Shown piece by piece: positions 10,577 to 20,864 of a stretch of 64,000 bases of DNA (positions are counted from its first letter, which is position 1; the number at the start of each line of letters is the position of its first letter). The translations under genes were made by a program, and so were the position numbers. The notes under the pieces are model-generated. The model saw nothing but the letters and a program-made list of their open reading frames with translations, did no database searches and was not told where the DNA came from. Source of the DNA: a bacterium (GTDB taxonomy: Bacteria; Zhuqueibacterota; Zhuqueibacteria; Residuimicrobiales; Krinioviventaceae); the NCBI GenBank assembly GCA_963674595.2, contig CAXXFV010000008.1, forward strand, positions 128,001 through 192,000. Direction: 5' to 3'.

Positions 10577-13408
10577 TTATGGCCGGATTTCCAGTTCAAA
10601 AATTTCCTGTTTTTCTTTCAGGTCTATATTAAAATCATCTGCTTTTAAAAATGATCCGTTTGCGATCAGGAGGCTTTTTAAGCCTTTTTCGTCTTTGCGC
10701 AGCCAGCATAATTCAGCGTCTGTTTCCAGGCCAAGTTCTTTCAGGAACACATAATTCTGCTGATTAAAATCCGGAAGCTCATGTTTCGGATTTTCAACAT
10801 CCATAGCAATAATGTAATCCGTTAAATTGTTTTTTAATTCAATTTTAACGGCAACATTCATATCATTATATAATTTGTTCTTTTTTGTTCCAATGGGCAA
10901 CCTTGAAATGGTTTTTATGTTTGAAACTGTGTTTAAGGGTTCCATTACGCTTACAAAACAGGATGACAGAGGTTGGGAACTGCTTTTTCGGCGTATCATA
11001 AGACTTTTAATCCAGTCTTCTTTACCATCAAAACCAAACGCAATCCATGTGTTTGCTGTTGAGGCGCTTGCGTTATGGGTGAGGTCGGTGTATTGTAAAC
11101 GGATGTCCGCATCGTTTTTTAAGTAATGATAATAATCATCAAATTTCCATGTGGCCTGCCAGGCTGCAGGAGGAGTTGGATCTATTTTAAAATCCTTCAT
11201 AAGGGTTTGCTCGTTATATATTTCACAAGGCTGTAATTTGAGTCTGGGTGTTTCAAGTTCGCCAAGAAAACCATGAACAAATTTTGCATGGTCAGTGCCG
11301 CCAACAACACGAAAAGTATCAAAAACATAAGAGTCTTTGTCTGAAATATCCACCAGCATGACGGTCCGCTCATATTGTTGAGTATTTTCTTCTTCTGAAA
11401 TATTTTTTCCGGTTGCACGAACTGCCTGGGCTGTTTTACCAATGGCCCATAGTGTTGATTTCCCGGCTCTATGTCGTTTTAAGGGATTTAACAATACGCT
11501 CATGGGGTCTGTTTCATCCCCACCAATATCTATCATCTGATCTTTCTGGTCCACAACAACGGTGTTATGCGATGCTGTCTTGCGATACCACTTTGCTTCC
11601 GGTGTGTGCCAGCCGCCAAACTGAACCGGCGGGTAGCCAAACCCTGGCATAATATCCAAACCTTTGGCAATCAAACCGATATTCATGGCATCTGCATGAC
11701 AATGATTACCTCCATTATCATAATCCAGCCAAACAGCGCGTGTATCATCACCAATACCGGATTTTAAAATAGCCAGGCACCATTCCTGCATATTGATCGA
11801 TTTTGTGTTGACTTTCGTCCCATATTTCATAACAGCTTTTGTGACAGCCTGTTGAAAGGCGGTCGTGTCTGTTGCAAAAACATCATAGGGGAGTCCTTTT
11901 ACGCTGAAATTATTTGCTTTATATATTAGCTGCATGTAAACCGGGTCTTTGGTGATTTCGTATAATTTTTTAAATAATGTAAAGTCAGAAGTAAAATAAA
12001 AATCGCGAAAATTATTTACAGAGATTTTGTTAAATGCCGCCCCCATATATGTTTCCGTCTTTTGACCAAAACGTCCGGTGTCACCGACTCGGGGATAGTA
12101 TTCTTCATTGACCCATGTGTCCACGTGAAAGCGAAATGTTTTATATAGATTAGGATGTCTTTTTAACAATGTTTCCAGCAATGTAGAATCTAAACGACTA
12201 AATATTGACAACGCACCGGCTATCGTTCTGGGAGCAATTGTCGCATATCCGGCCAGCCCTTTTTCCCCGCTAACGCCATCCACAGCAGAAACTTTATTAA
12301 ACATGTTATCCAGGACTTGCATCACCTGGTCCTTATTTTGCGGCCATTCCATAATTGTTGTCAAGGTAACAAGTGTTAAATCTGTTTGTGGAAAGTTACT
12401 TTCGATTTTATATCGGTGGTTAATAACGTCTTTAAAAAGCCGGGTTTCTATATTTTTTTGAACGAGTTCGAAAGATGTTTTTGGATTATCCAGTTTATAG
12501 GTTTTTGCCTTTTGGGATAAAAAAGCAACCAATTCGGCATCATCTTTAATGGCATCAAATATCTGGTCATACGCTAAAGCCAGTGCTCTGGTTTCCATGC
12601 AGGCATCGTGCCATACGGACACATAACCAGCCTGTTTCAAAGAGTCTTGTTTTTCATAGCTGAAACCCTGAGTGCCAAAGCTAAAATCCGGGTACAAATC
12701 AGCAATTCTGTCTAACAAAATGGCTGCTTTATGAGCATATTGCCGGTCACCTGTTACCGCATATGCTTGTGCTAAATTATACACACCTTGTACTATTAAT
12801 TTTTTCCATTGCCCGTAGATTAAATAGGCACCGATAAACCGCCAACGTTTGCCTCCCATAACAAAACCTTCTCCATCATCTACGCCAAATTTATAAAGGC
12901 TGTCTGAAGGAGTCGGATGTTCTTCATTAAAAAGTAATGAGCGGTCTGCCAGTGAAGGATCAAAAATGCCGTGCTCATTCATTCCCGATGTGTAATAGGA
13001 GTAAAAATCATTTTTTGGGAAAAATTCCTTACAATGTGGACATTCTACTTTCCAGGGGTGTTGAAAAGGATCGATAATCCATGCATACATTTTTACAGGT
13101 TCATGGCATGCCGGACACCAACCGTCCGACCAGACCATCCAGGAACGTGAAATATCGGGACCAAAGCCGGCGTTCCAAAGTTCATCATCCGACAGGGGCA
13201 TCCACGGACCAGCCGCTTCCACGCATTTGTTTTTAAACTCGTTAACCCAGGGATTGTTTTGAATGTTTTTTTGCAGCAATTTTGAATATTGCGGAGGGAA
13301 AAAAACAGATGAATTTTTCATGGGTTCGCTTTTAACTTGCCCACTTGAAAGTAAAATTATACTGCATAAAATTACCAGAGTATGATGAAATATACCAGAC
13401 AAACCCAT
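10577..13408 (-). CDS. Large secreted heparinase II/III / lyase-like protein with N-terminal CxxC...CxxC
   Basis: Likely start MGLSG at 13408 (AAGGGAG RBS, signal peptide); LAQAYAVTGDRQYA, DGVSGE, HCHADAMNI, TASHNTVVVD motifs. Confidence 0.75.
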   Translation of the reverse strand: MGLSGIFHHTLVILCSIILLSSGQVKSEPMKNSSVFFPPQYSKLLQKNIQNNPWVNEFKNKCVEAAGPWMPLSDDELWNAGFGPDISRSWMVWSDGWCPACHEPVKMYAWIIDPFQHPWKVECPHCKEFFPKNDFYSYYTSGMNEHGIFDPSLADRSLLFNEEHPTPSDSLYKFGVDDGEGFVMGGKRWRFIGAYLIYGQWKKLIVQGVYNLAQAYAVTGDRQYAHKAAILLDRIADLYPDFSFGTQGFSYEKQDSLKQAGYVSVWHDACMETRALALAYDQIFDAIKDDAELVAFLSQKAKTYKLDNPKTSFELVQKNIETRLFKDVINHRYKIESNFPQTDLTLVTLTTIMEWPQNKDQVMQVLDNMFNKVSAVDGVSGEKGLAGYATIAPRTIAGALSIFSRLDSTLLETLLKRHPNLYKTFRFHVDTWVNEEYYPRVGDTGRFGQKTETYMGAAFNKISVNNFRDFYFTSDFTLFKKLYEITKDPVYMQLIYKANNFSVKGLPYDVFATDTTAFQQAVTKAVMKYGTKVNTKSINMQEWCLAILKSGIGDDTRAVWLDYDNGGNHCHADAMNIGLIAKGLDIMPGFGYPPVQFGGWHTPEAKWYRKTASHNTVVVDQKDQMIDIGGDETDPMSVLLNPLKRHRAGKSTLWAIGKTAQAVRATGKNISEEENTQQYERTVMLVDISDKDSYVFDTFRVVGGTDHAKFVHGFLGELETPRLKLQPCEIYNEQTLMKDFKIDPTPPAAWQATWKFDDYYHYLKNDADIRLQYTDLTHNASASTANTWIAFGFDGKEDWIKSLMIRRKSSSQPLSSCFVSVMEPLNTVSNIKTISRLPIGTKKNKLYNDMNVAVKIELKNNLTDYIIAMDVENPKHELPDFNQQNYVFLKELGLETDAELCWLRKDEKGLKSLLIANGSFLKADDFNIDLKEKQEIFELEIRP

Positions 13409-13501
13409 TGCAACTCCCTTGTCTAAGATGTTACGCTCCAGTGATTTGACAGGATATTTTACGTAAATTTTCAATAAAAGACAAGGTTTTGAATAAACCG
13501 A

Positions 13502-14611
13502 TCAAAATTTATTGTGTTTGCCTGGGAACACTATGGTAAATTTGGCGCCATTTTCCGACTCTACCGTTAATTCACCCTCAAGCTGAATGGCTAACTGCGA
13601 TACCAATTTCATGCCGAGTGTGTTTAAATTATTCATATCAAATTCTTTAGGTAATCCTTTTCCGTTGTCGGCAACAGATAGGCTTATCTGTTTATCATCT
13701 GTTTTTTCAAACTTGATTTCAATTGTTCCTTTTTGTTCTTCGCCAAATGCATATTTAAATGCGTTGGAAACAAGTTCATTGATAACCAGTCCGCATGGCA
13801 CGGCTAAATCGGTTGGCAAGTGAATATCATCTATATACATATCAATATTTATTTTTTGAAGATCAGCTTTATAAATATTAAGCAAGCTTTGTATCAGGTT
13901 TATCATATATTCCCGGATGCCAAAATCCGTTAAATTTTTTGATTGATACAATTTTTCATGAACCAGGGCCATAGATTGAATGCGAGCCTGACTTTCCTTG
14001 AACACATTTTTTATTTCCTGGTTTTTTATAGTTTTTGATTGCAGTTCAAGTAAACTTGACACAACCATAAAGTTGTTTTTGACCCGATGATGAATCTCCT
14101 TGTTCAGCATTTCCTTTTCCTGCAATAACAAATTGTTTTCATCCAAAGTTGCTTTTAATCTTTTTTCAATACTTTTACGGATTTTAATTTCATGCAAAAG
14201 TTCATTGTTGAGTTTGGTCAGCTCTTTAATATCTTTATTTCTGGCTATGGCAATAGTTATCGCCTTTTCGATTTCACCCGGTTTTGGGGGTTTTGTTAAA
14301 TAAGCACCGACGCCATTTCTACCCGCTTTTTCAACAAGTTCAGAGGATTCATGCGCCGTTAGGACAACAATTGGGGTTGCACTTTTTTCATAAATAATTT
14401 TAGAGGCTTCCAAACCATCTAATACAGGCATGTGAATATCCATTAATACAACATCAGGCTTAAATTTTTCAACCATATCAATTGCTTCCGCCCCATCTAC
14501 TGCTTCTCCGACAATTTCAAAACCTATAATTTTTAGAGCTCTTTTAATCTCTTCTGCAACCAGATAATCATCTTCTGCAATTAATACTTTATATTTATTT
14601 TGGGCTGACAT
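13502..14611 (-). CDS. Receiver domain fused to HisKA_2-type histidine kinase
   Basis: IAEDD..DVVLMD..YLTKP receiver; EIHHRVKNNF H-box; NELVSNAFKY, DNGKG, LGMKL HATPase boxes. Confidence 0.9.
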   Translation of the reverse strand: MSAQNKYKVLIAEDDYLVAEEIKRALKIIGFEIVGEAVDGAEAIDMVEKFKPDVVLMDIHMPVLDGLEASKIIYEKSATPIVVLTAHESSELVEKAGRNGVGAYLTKPPKPGEIEKAITIAIARNKDIKELTKLNNELLHEIKIRKSIEKRLKATLDENNLLLQEKEMLNKEIHHRVKNNFMVVSSLLELQSKTIKNQEIKNVFKESQARIQSMALVHEKLYQSKNLTDFGIREYMINLIQSLLNIYKADLQKINIDMYIDDIHLPTDLAVPCGLVINELVSNAFKYAFGEEQKGTIEIKFEKTDDKQISLSVADNGKGLPKEFDMNNLNTLGMKLVSQLAIQLEGELTVESENGAKFTIVFPGKHNKF

Positions 14612-14620
14612 GAATTTTCC

Positions 14621-17600
14621 TTAAATACTTTGATAGGGAAATGTGATTTTAACAGATGCACCTTTTCTATTGGATATTTTAACCTGGCCTCTCATGTTTT
14701 TGGTTATAATCCCTCTTATCAGTTCAAATCCAATGTTGTCATATTCAGTTTCTAAAGAAAGCATTTTAACTGGGAAGCCGGGACCGTCATCTTTATAGCT
14801 CAGAACAAGTTTATCTTTCGAGTTTTTAATATCAACTTTAATTTCAAGCTGGTCTTTTTCTTGTATGGCATGTTTAATTGTATTGGTTGTGAGTTCATTT
14901 AAAACAAGAGTTAAATTATGCGCCTGATCACTGGTTACTTTAACATTCGATGGGGTGACATTTACGTAGACGGATTTTGTCAACGGCAATCCCTGCAGGG
15001 CTCCTTTAATAATTTGTTCGCATAAATGATCCAATTTCAGAGGATGCCATTTCATAGACGATAATAAACTATGTACAGTGGCCAAACCCTGAATTCGGCC
15101 GATTAATCCTTCCAGCATTGGTAAATTTTTTATATAGTCTTTGTCATGCATTTTTTCTTGTTCTTTGTGAAGCATGCTGATAATAGCAGACAAGTTGTTT
15201 TTAACTCTGTGGTTGACTTCTTTTAATAATACGGATTGTGTTTCAACCAACTCTTTCATTTTCTGTTCATTATTTTTTCTTTCCGTAATATCTCTTACAT
15301 TTGCCAGTACAACATCCTTTTCATTAAATGAAATTTTTCTGAGAAAAACTTCAACATCAAACAGGTGTTGATCATGAGGTCGTTTTGCTTTCCATTCAAA
15401 AAAATGTGGTTTACCATTAACAACTTGTTTCCATATAGTCGGTAATGTCTTTAAAGGATTATCTTTACTGGAATAATCTTCAATTGAATACTTGATCGCT
15501 TCATCACGATTTACTTTATATAGTTTTAACATTGATTCATTGACATCCAGAACGTTTCCCTGCATGTCATGTATAAATATGGCATCATATACACTGTTGA
15601 CAATTCTTTTAAAACGTTCCTCAGAATTTTTTAACGCTATCTCTGCACGAATTTTTTCTGTGATGTCGCGAAAAAACCAGACTCGATTTTCGTTGTTTTT
15701 TAAAGGAAGATAGGTGGTTTTTCGTTCAACAAGGCGTCCATCTGTAAATTTTAATAAATCATCATAGTTTTTGGTTGTACTATAAATTTCATTTATTTTT
15801 TGACGAAAATTTTTGGAATCTATTATATTTTTATCAGCATAGTCCAATAAATTTATGTCATTATTTGTTGCGAGGATATCTTCAGGGATACCCCAGATTT
15901 CTGCAAAGCGACGGTTATAATGGGAGATTTGTCTGTTTTTTCCAATTACCAAAACGCCGTCTTCTGTTGATTCCAGTGCTGCCTTTAAAATTGCCTGATT
16001 TTCTTCAAGTTGTGCTTTCATTTTATTACGTTCGGAGATATCACGAACAATCGCCAAAATATATTGTTGTTCCCAAAAGTTTATAATGTTCAAGCTTACT
16101 TCTGTTTGAAACTCACAACCATCAGATTTGATATGGGTCCATTCAAATATTTTTGATTGTTCATTTAAAACATCGTTTATATAATTTTTTGTTTTCTGTT
16201 TTGATTTTAGTCCATCTGGTTGTAGCGTGGGGGAGATATTGTCTACTAACTTTCCAACAAGTTTATTTTTAGGCAGATCGAACATATGGCATGTCTGGTC
16301 GTTACAGTCGATAATTCTTGTCTGAGTGTCAATAATGAATATAGCATCATTGGCTGATTCAAACAGCACGCGGTACTGCTGTTCACTTTTTATCAGGGCT
16401 TTTTCTGCTTTGATCCTATCTGTTATATTTAAATGCATTAACACAATACTTCTCGCCTTGCCCTCATAATCCATTAAAGGATACACAAACGTATTTAATG
16501 TTCTGGGTTCTCCCGGATTATTGGATTTTTGTGGATCATAGTAAAGCTCGGAAAATTGTGTCGCCTTGCCATTTTGTGCGTTTTTAAAAGCATCGTGCAA
16601 ACCGAGTTGTTTTGCCTGGGGATCTTTAAATATATTATATTTTCCAATCAATTCCATACGGTTGTCAATTCCCCAAAGTTCTCCCCAGGCTTTATTATTT
16701 TGAATCATTGTTCCATCGAGAGCATGAATGTCAATTGCAAGAGGTGATTGGTCCATCAGCATTTTTAAATTTTGTTCATTCTCTCTAATTTTATTTTCAA
16801 TATTTTTTTGTTCTGTAATGTCATGTGCAATTGCATAGAGAAGTCCTTTTTTAACAACTGGAAAAGTGTTCCATGAAATCCATCGGTATGTGCCGTCTTT
16901 ACATAGATATCGGTTGACAAATTTTATAACATTTTGTCCTTTTGTTAATTGTTTACCGGCATTTATTGTATCTTGTTTATCATCCTCATGGACAAAATCT
17001 ATCCAGGGTTTTGATAAAAGTGTTTCTTTATCCCAACCTAATATCTTTGTCCATGTCTCATTTATTTGTAAAAAATAACCTTCAAAATTTGCAATACATA
17101 ACATATCGATAGACAGTTCAAAAAAGAGGTTTCGTTCCTCTTTGATTTGTTCATAAGCTTCTTTGGTATTTTTCTTTTCTGTAATATCACGGGTGACGCC
17201 TAAAAATCCGATTAATTCACCATTTGTATTTTTCAAAAAATTAATTTTGGTCTCAGTCCAAATAGTTGATCCGTTTTTACAGGGTTGTTCGAGCTCCAAT
17301 AATACATAGGGTGGTAAAGTAGTATTTGATTGTTGTAAATTATAAATTTTTGCTAGTGTGTCTTTTACCTTGTTGTAAGAGTCGGGGGTGAGTTTCTGTT
17401 CCAGTTTGTGAGATAATATTTCTTCCGGTTTATATCCTCGTTGCTTTTCTATAGATGGGCTTACATAGGTAACTTTACCATTGAGATCAGTGGTCCAAAT
17501 TACATCAGAAACGTTTTCGGCCAGTAAACGGTATTTTGTTTCCTGTTCAATCAAGTTCTTTTTTTGAATATTTAATTCTTTAATCGTTTTTTCAAGCTCT

Positions 17601-18517
17601 TTGGTTCTTGTTTTTATTTGTTTTTCTAAACTAGTCGTCAGTTGTTTGACTTTTTTTTCAGCTTTGACTTGCTCTGTAATATCGACCGTATTTATATAAA
17701 TATATGGTTTATTATTTGTATGTATGCGGCAAATAGCTGAAGATTGAATATAGACGATGCCTTTGATTTTGTGTAAAAATCGAACTCTTATTGTTTTAAG
17801 GACATTGGGATTGTTCAAAAGAGTTTGAAGAAATTCATGAGCGAGTTTTTGATCGTTTGAGTGTAGAAAATTTACCACACATTTATTTATAATTTCCTTA
17901 TCACTATAACCAAATGTGTCTTTAAATGAAGGGCTGTGGTATATAGAGTTTTCATTTTCATCGATGATTGTAAGAATATGGGTTGAATTTTTTACGATAG
18001 ATTGATAATCTGGTTGATCGACATTTGGAACAGATATAGCTGTTGGATTTTCTTTTGGGGTTGCCGAATCGATATTATTTAAATCATTCGATTCCTGCCA
18101 TTGTGAAGTGAGTCCCATTTCAATTCGGTCAAAGCACCAATTCAGTATTGCGTAATACTTGCTATTTATTTCTTCTAATTCCGAGTTAATTAGATTCAGA
18201 ATTATTTGTTTGAAACATTTAAGTACACGAAATTGATTTGTTTTTGTCATCTGCCTGACAAATGGCTGCTGTAAATATGTTTTACCAAAATCAACCAATG
18301 GATCTTGATAGATTTGGACCGCTGGAATCAGCTTGTGATATCCCTTATTTTGTTTAATGCTTATTATTAATGCCTGGAAAAGTTTGTCGGATATTGAGTT
18401 CCATGCGGAGTCAATTGTTTCATAGACAGGAATACATCCGTGTTGTTGAGCAAAATCAAGGGTGTTTTTACTTGTTGTTTTTTGGTTTTTTTTTAATAAA
18501 GTGACAAGACTTTCCAT
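14621..18517 (-). CDS. Cytoplasmic multi-PAS (about 7) HisKA_2 histidine kinase with helical N-terminal domain
   Basis: Repeated DIT(E) PAS-PAC ends; EVNHRVKNNL H-box; NELTTNTIKH, DDGPGF; no TM segment. Confidence 0.9.
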   Translation of the reverse strand: MESLVTLLKKNQKTTSKNTLDFAQQHGCIPVYETIDSAWNSISDKLFQALIISIKQNKGYHKLIPAVQIYQDPLVDFGKTYLQQPFVRQMTKTNQFRVLKCFKQIILNLINSELEEINSKYYAILNWCFDRIEMGLTSQWQESNDLNNIDSATPKENPTAISVPNVDQPDYQSIVKNSTHILTIIDENENSIYHSPSFKDTFGYSDKEIINKCVVNFLHSNDQKLAHEFLQTLLNNPNVLKTIRVRFLHKIKGIVYIQSSAICRIHTNNKPYIYINTVDITEQVKAEKKVKQLTTSLEKQIKTRTKELEKTIKELNIQKKNLIEQETKYRLLAENVSDVIWTTDLNGKVTYVSPSIEKQRGYKPEEILSHKLEQKLTPDSYNKVKDTLAKIYNLQQSNTTLPPYVLLELEQPCKNGSTIWTETKINFLKNTNGELIGFLGVTRDITEKKNTKEAYEQIKEERNLFFELSIDMLCIANFEGYFLQINETWTKILGWDKETLLSKPWIDFVHEDDKQDTINAGKQLTKGQNVIKFVNRYLCKDGTYRWISWNTFPVVKKGLLYAIAHDITEQKNIENKIRENEQNLKMLMDQSPLAIDIHALDGTMIQNNKAWGELWGIDNRMELIGKYNIFKDPQAKQLGLHDAFKNAQNGKATQFSELYYDPQKSNNPGEPRTLNTFVYPLMDYEGKARSIVLMHLNITDRIKAEKALIKSEQQYRVLFESANDAIFIIDTQTRIIDCNDQTCHMFDLPKNKLVGKLVDNISPTLQPDGLKSKQKTKNYINDVLNEQSKIFEWTHIKSDGCEFQTEVSLNIINFWEQQYILAIVRDISERNKMKAQLEENQAILKAALESTEDGVLVIGKNRQISHYNRRFAEIWGIPEDILATNNDINLLDYADKNIIDSKNFRQKINEIYSTTKNYDDLLKFTDGRLVERKTTYLPLKNNENRVWFFRDITEKIRAEIALKNSEERFKRIVNSVYDAIFIHDMQGNVLDVNESMLKLYKVNRDEAIKYSIEDYSSKDNPLKTLPTIWKQVVNGKPHFFEWKAKRPHDQHLFDVEVFLRKISFNEKDVVLANVRDITERKNNEQKMKELVETQSVLLKEVNHRVKNNLSAIISMLHKEQEKMHDKDYIKNLPMLEGLIGRIQGLATVHSLLSSMKWHPLKLDHLCEQIIKGALQGLPLTKSVYVNVTPSNVKVTSDQAHNLTLVLNELTTNTIKHAIQEKDQLEIKVDIKNSKDKLVLSYKDDGPGFPVKMLSLETEYDNIGFELIRGIITKNMRGQVKISNRKGASVKITFPYQSI

Positions 18518-18565
18518 CTTGGATGACTCCGAGAACTTTGAACAATCGTTTGCCTTTAAGTGATT

Positions 18566-18658
18566 AAAAAAATGCTCCTTCTGCAGAATATATTATATAC
18601 CTCATATTAATTAAACATAAATATAGCACACATTAAAACCAAGCCTGCAAAAGGAGCA
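18566..18658 (-). terminator. Terminator-like 14-bp stem with 58-nt loop followed by U7
   Basis: Minus strand TGCTCCTTTTGCAG...CTGCAGAAGGAGCA-TTTTTTT; the single DNA mismatch is a G-U pair in RNA; just downstream of the MCP stop. Confidence 0.45.
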
Positions 18659-18666
18659 ATATATAT

Positions 18667-20805
18667 TTAAAAATGTTTCAAGATATCATCCTCTGATGAT
18701 GCTGTAAGAGAATCTCCTTTACTAAATGGAATTATCTTTTCCGGATCAGTATCTTTAGAATTTCCGTTTTTTGTAAGGTTTATGGGTTTACGTTCCTGAT
18801 GACTAACAGTGTTGTGGTATTTCGGACCTTTGTCATTATAAGAAAAATTTTCTCTACTTAATTGGTAAACGGCAACAAGGCTGCGCATTTCTTCAGCCTG
18901 ACTGGATAACTCTTGTGCGGCGCTTGCTGATTGTTCAGAATTAGCTGCATTTTGCTGAGTGACCTGATTCATCTGGTCAACGGCGGTATTGATCTGATCA
19001 ATACCTTCGCTTTGCTGTTCAGAAGCAGTTGCAATTTCAGCCATCATTTCGCCGACTTTGTTCACATTTTCGGTTGTTTTGTTTAATATTTTTGTGACTT
19101 CAACATTAAGGTTAACACCGTTATCCGCGTTTTTAACAGCTTCCTGAATCATCGATGCCGTGTCTTTCGCCGCCTCTGCACTGCGCATTGCCAAATTACG
19201 AACTTCTTCGGCCACAACGGCAAATCCTTTGCCTGCTTCACCGGCTCTTGCGGCTTCAACGGCTGCATTAAGGGCCAGCAGATTGGTTTGAAAAGCGATC
19301 TCGTCGATTGTTTTAATGATTTTTGCTGTTTCATCTGAAGAGTTTTTAATTTGACTGATGGCATCAGAAAGATTGTTCATGCTTTCGCTTCCCTGCGCTG
19401 CAAATTCACGTGCTCTTTCGGAAGTTGTTTTCGCTTCTTTAGCTGTTGAAGCATTTTGTTTTGTCATGGCAGACATTTCCTGCAGGTTGCTGGAAACTTC
19501 TTCCAACGAGCTGGCTTGTTCCGAAGCTCCCTGGGCAACAGCCTGGCTGCCGGTTCCGATTTGGTCTGAAGCTGAAGCAACCTGGTCCGAAGCTACGGCT
19601 ACCTGTTGCATGCCATCATCCAGGTTGGCGACAGCCATATTGAGTGCATTTTTAATTTTTAAAAAAGAACCTTCATAATCACCTGTCATTCTTGGCGTCA
19701 GGTCTTTATTGGCTAACTTTTCCAACACCGCTAACACTTGTTTTACCGGTGCGGCTACACTGTCTAACGTACCGTTTATACCTTTGATGATTTTTTGAAA
19801 ATCTCCGCTAAATTGACTTTCATTTGCACGTTTTTCCAGCTCTCCATGAATAGCGGACTCTGCCAATTCGTCAACAGAAGTTATCATTGCTTTAATTCTG
19901 TCAGTCATTTGAAGCATGGCATTACCCAAAATATCCCGGTCTGATTGAATATTTAAGGTGAATTCCAAATTTCCATCAGCAATATTTTTAGCTGCCAAAG
20001 TTTTTTCATTTAAAGAATTGCTTAATTCATGGAAAGAGTTGGCCAAATCTCCTATTTCGTCTTTTTGGGTAATATTGGTTTCCTGGGCTATGTCTCCCTT
20101 ACTCAAAGCATGGGCTGTTTTGGTTATTTTGAAAAGCGGACGATTTATCAGAATGGTAATGGTTGTAATAATTCCAATTGCCAAAACGAAACTAATAATA
20201 ATAACCAAAATTATCCCAAAGGATGCCCCTTTTGTAATTTCAATAGAATTTTTATAGTCTTTATCCGTTAGGTTGAGGTTGATTTCGGTTAATTTATCCA
20301 AATTATCACGCATAATTTCAAATTTTACTGCCGCATCATGTGTGCTTAATTCCAATGCCAACTGCTTACCGGCCTCGGTGCCGTTCATACAATTATCAAC
20401 CACTCTTTGAGAAATAACTTGCCACGCTTTATAGTCCTGATAAAATTTTTCTGCTAAAACTTTTTCTTGTTTTGTTGTAGACAAATTTTCATATTTTTTA
20501 AATCTTTCAAGGGCCTGATCACGATTTGTTTGATACGCTTCTAAAAGAGCATTAAAATCATTTGATTGTGGGTCGGTTACTATCATGCTTCTTTCAGCTA
20601 TTAATAATTGATGAAGGTCCCTGTCTGCTTCCAATAAAAAGTCCATACTTGGTATGCGCTGATAAAAAATGTTATTAACAAGTTCGTGTATCTTGTTTAC
20701 GCTTTTAAGGCCAACAACACCAATAATTAGCATTAGAAACAGAATTATAGAAAAACCGACTGCCAGTTTGTATTTTACTTTTAGATTCTTTAGCCAGTTG
20801 AACAT
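18667..20805 (-). CDS. Methyl-accepting chemotaxis protein with four-helix-bundle sensor
   Basis: Two TMs, helical periplasmic domain, HAMP 'DEIGDLA', signalling core [34 protein letters not shown]. Confidence 0.95.
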   Translation of the reverse strand: MFNWLKNLKVKYKLAVGFSIILFLMLIIGVVGLKSVNKIHELVNNIFYQRIPSMDFLLEADRDLHQLLIAERSMIVTDPQSNDFNALLEAYQTNRDQALERFKKYENLSTTKQEKVLAEKFYQDYKAWQVISQRVVDNCMNGTEAGKQLALELSTHDAAVKFEIMRDNLDKLTEINLNLTDKDYKNSIEITKGASFGIILVIIISFVLAIGIITTITILINRPLFKITKTAHALSKGDIAQETNITQKDEIGDLANSFHELSNSLNEKTLAAKNIADGNLEFTLNIQSDRDILGNAMLQMTDRIKAMITSVDELAESAIHGELEKRANESQFSGDFQKIIKGINGTLDSVAAPVKQVLAVLEKLANKDLTPRMTGDYEGSFLKIKNALNMAVANLDDGMQQVAVASDQVASASDQIGTGSQAVAQGASEQASSLEEVSSNLQEMSAMTKQNASTAKEAKTTSERAREFAAQGSESMNNLSDAISQIKNSSDETAKIIKTIDEIAFQTNLLALNAAVEAARAGEAGKGFAVVAEEVRNLAMRSAEAAKDTASMIQEAVKNADNGVNLNVEVTKILNKTTENVNKVGEMMAEIATASEQQSEGIDQINTAVDQMNQVTQQNAANSEQSASAAQELSSQAEEMRSLVAVYQLSRENFSYNDKGPKYHNTVSHQERKPINLTKNGNSKDTDPEKIIPFSKGDSLTASSEDDILKHF

Positions 20806-20864
20806 AATTCTTCCTTTCTGGTATTTCGTTCTGTTAAATTTATTAAAAAATTATTTTTTGTTAT

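Noticed and set aside
10531-10579. TAAGTTGAT...ATCAACTTA inverted repeat between convergent genes
   Set aside because: Partly formed by the two stop codons, AT-rich, with a 31-nt loop; not a convincing terminator
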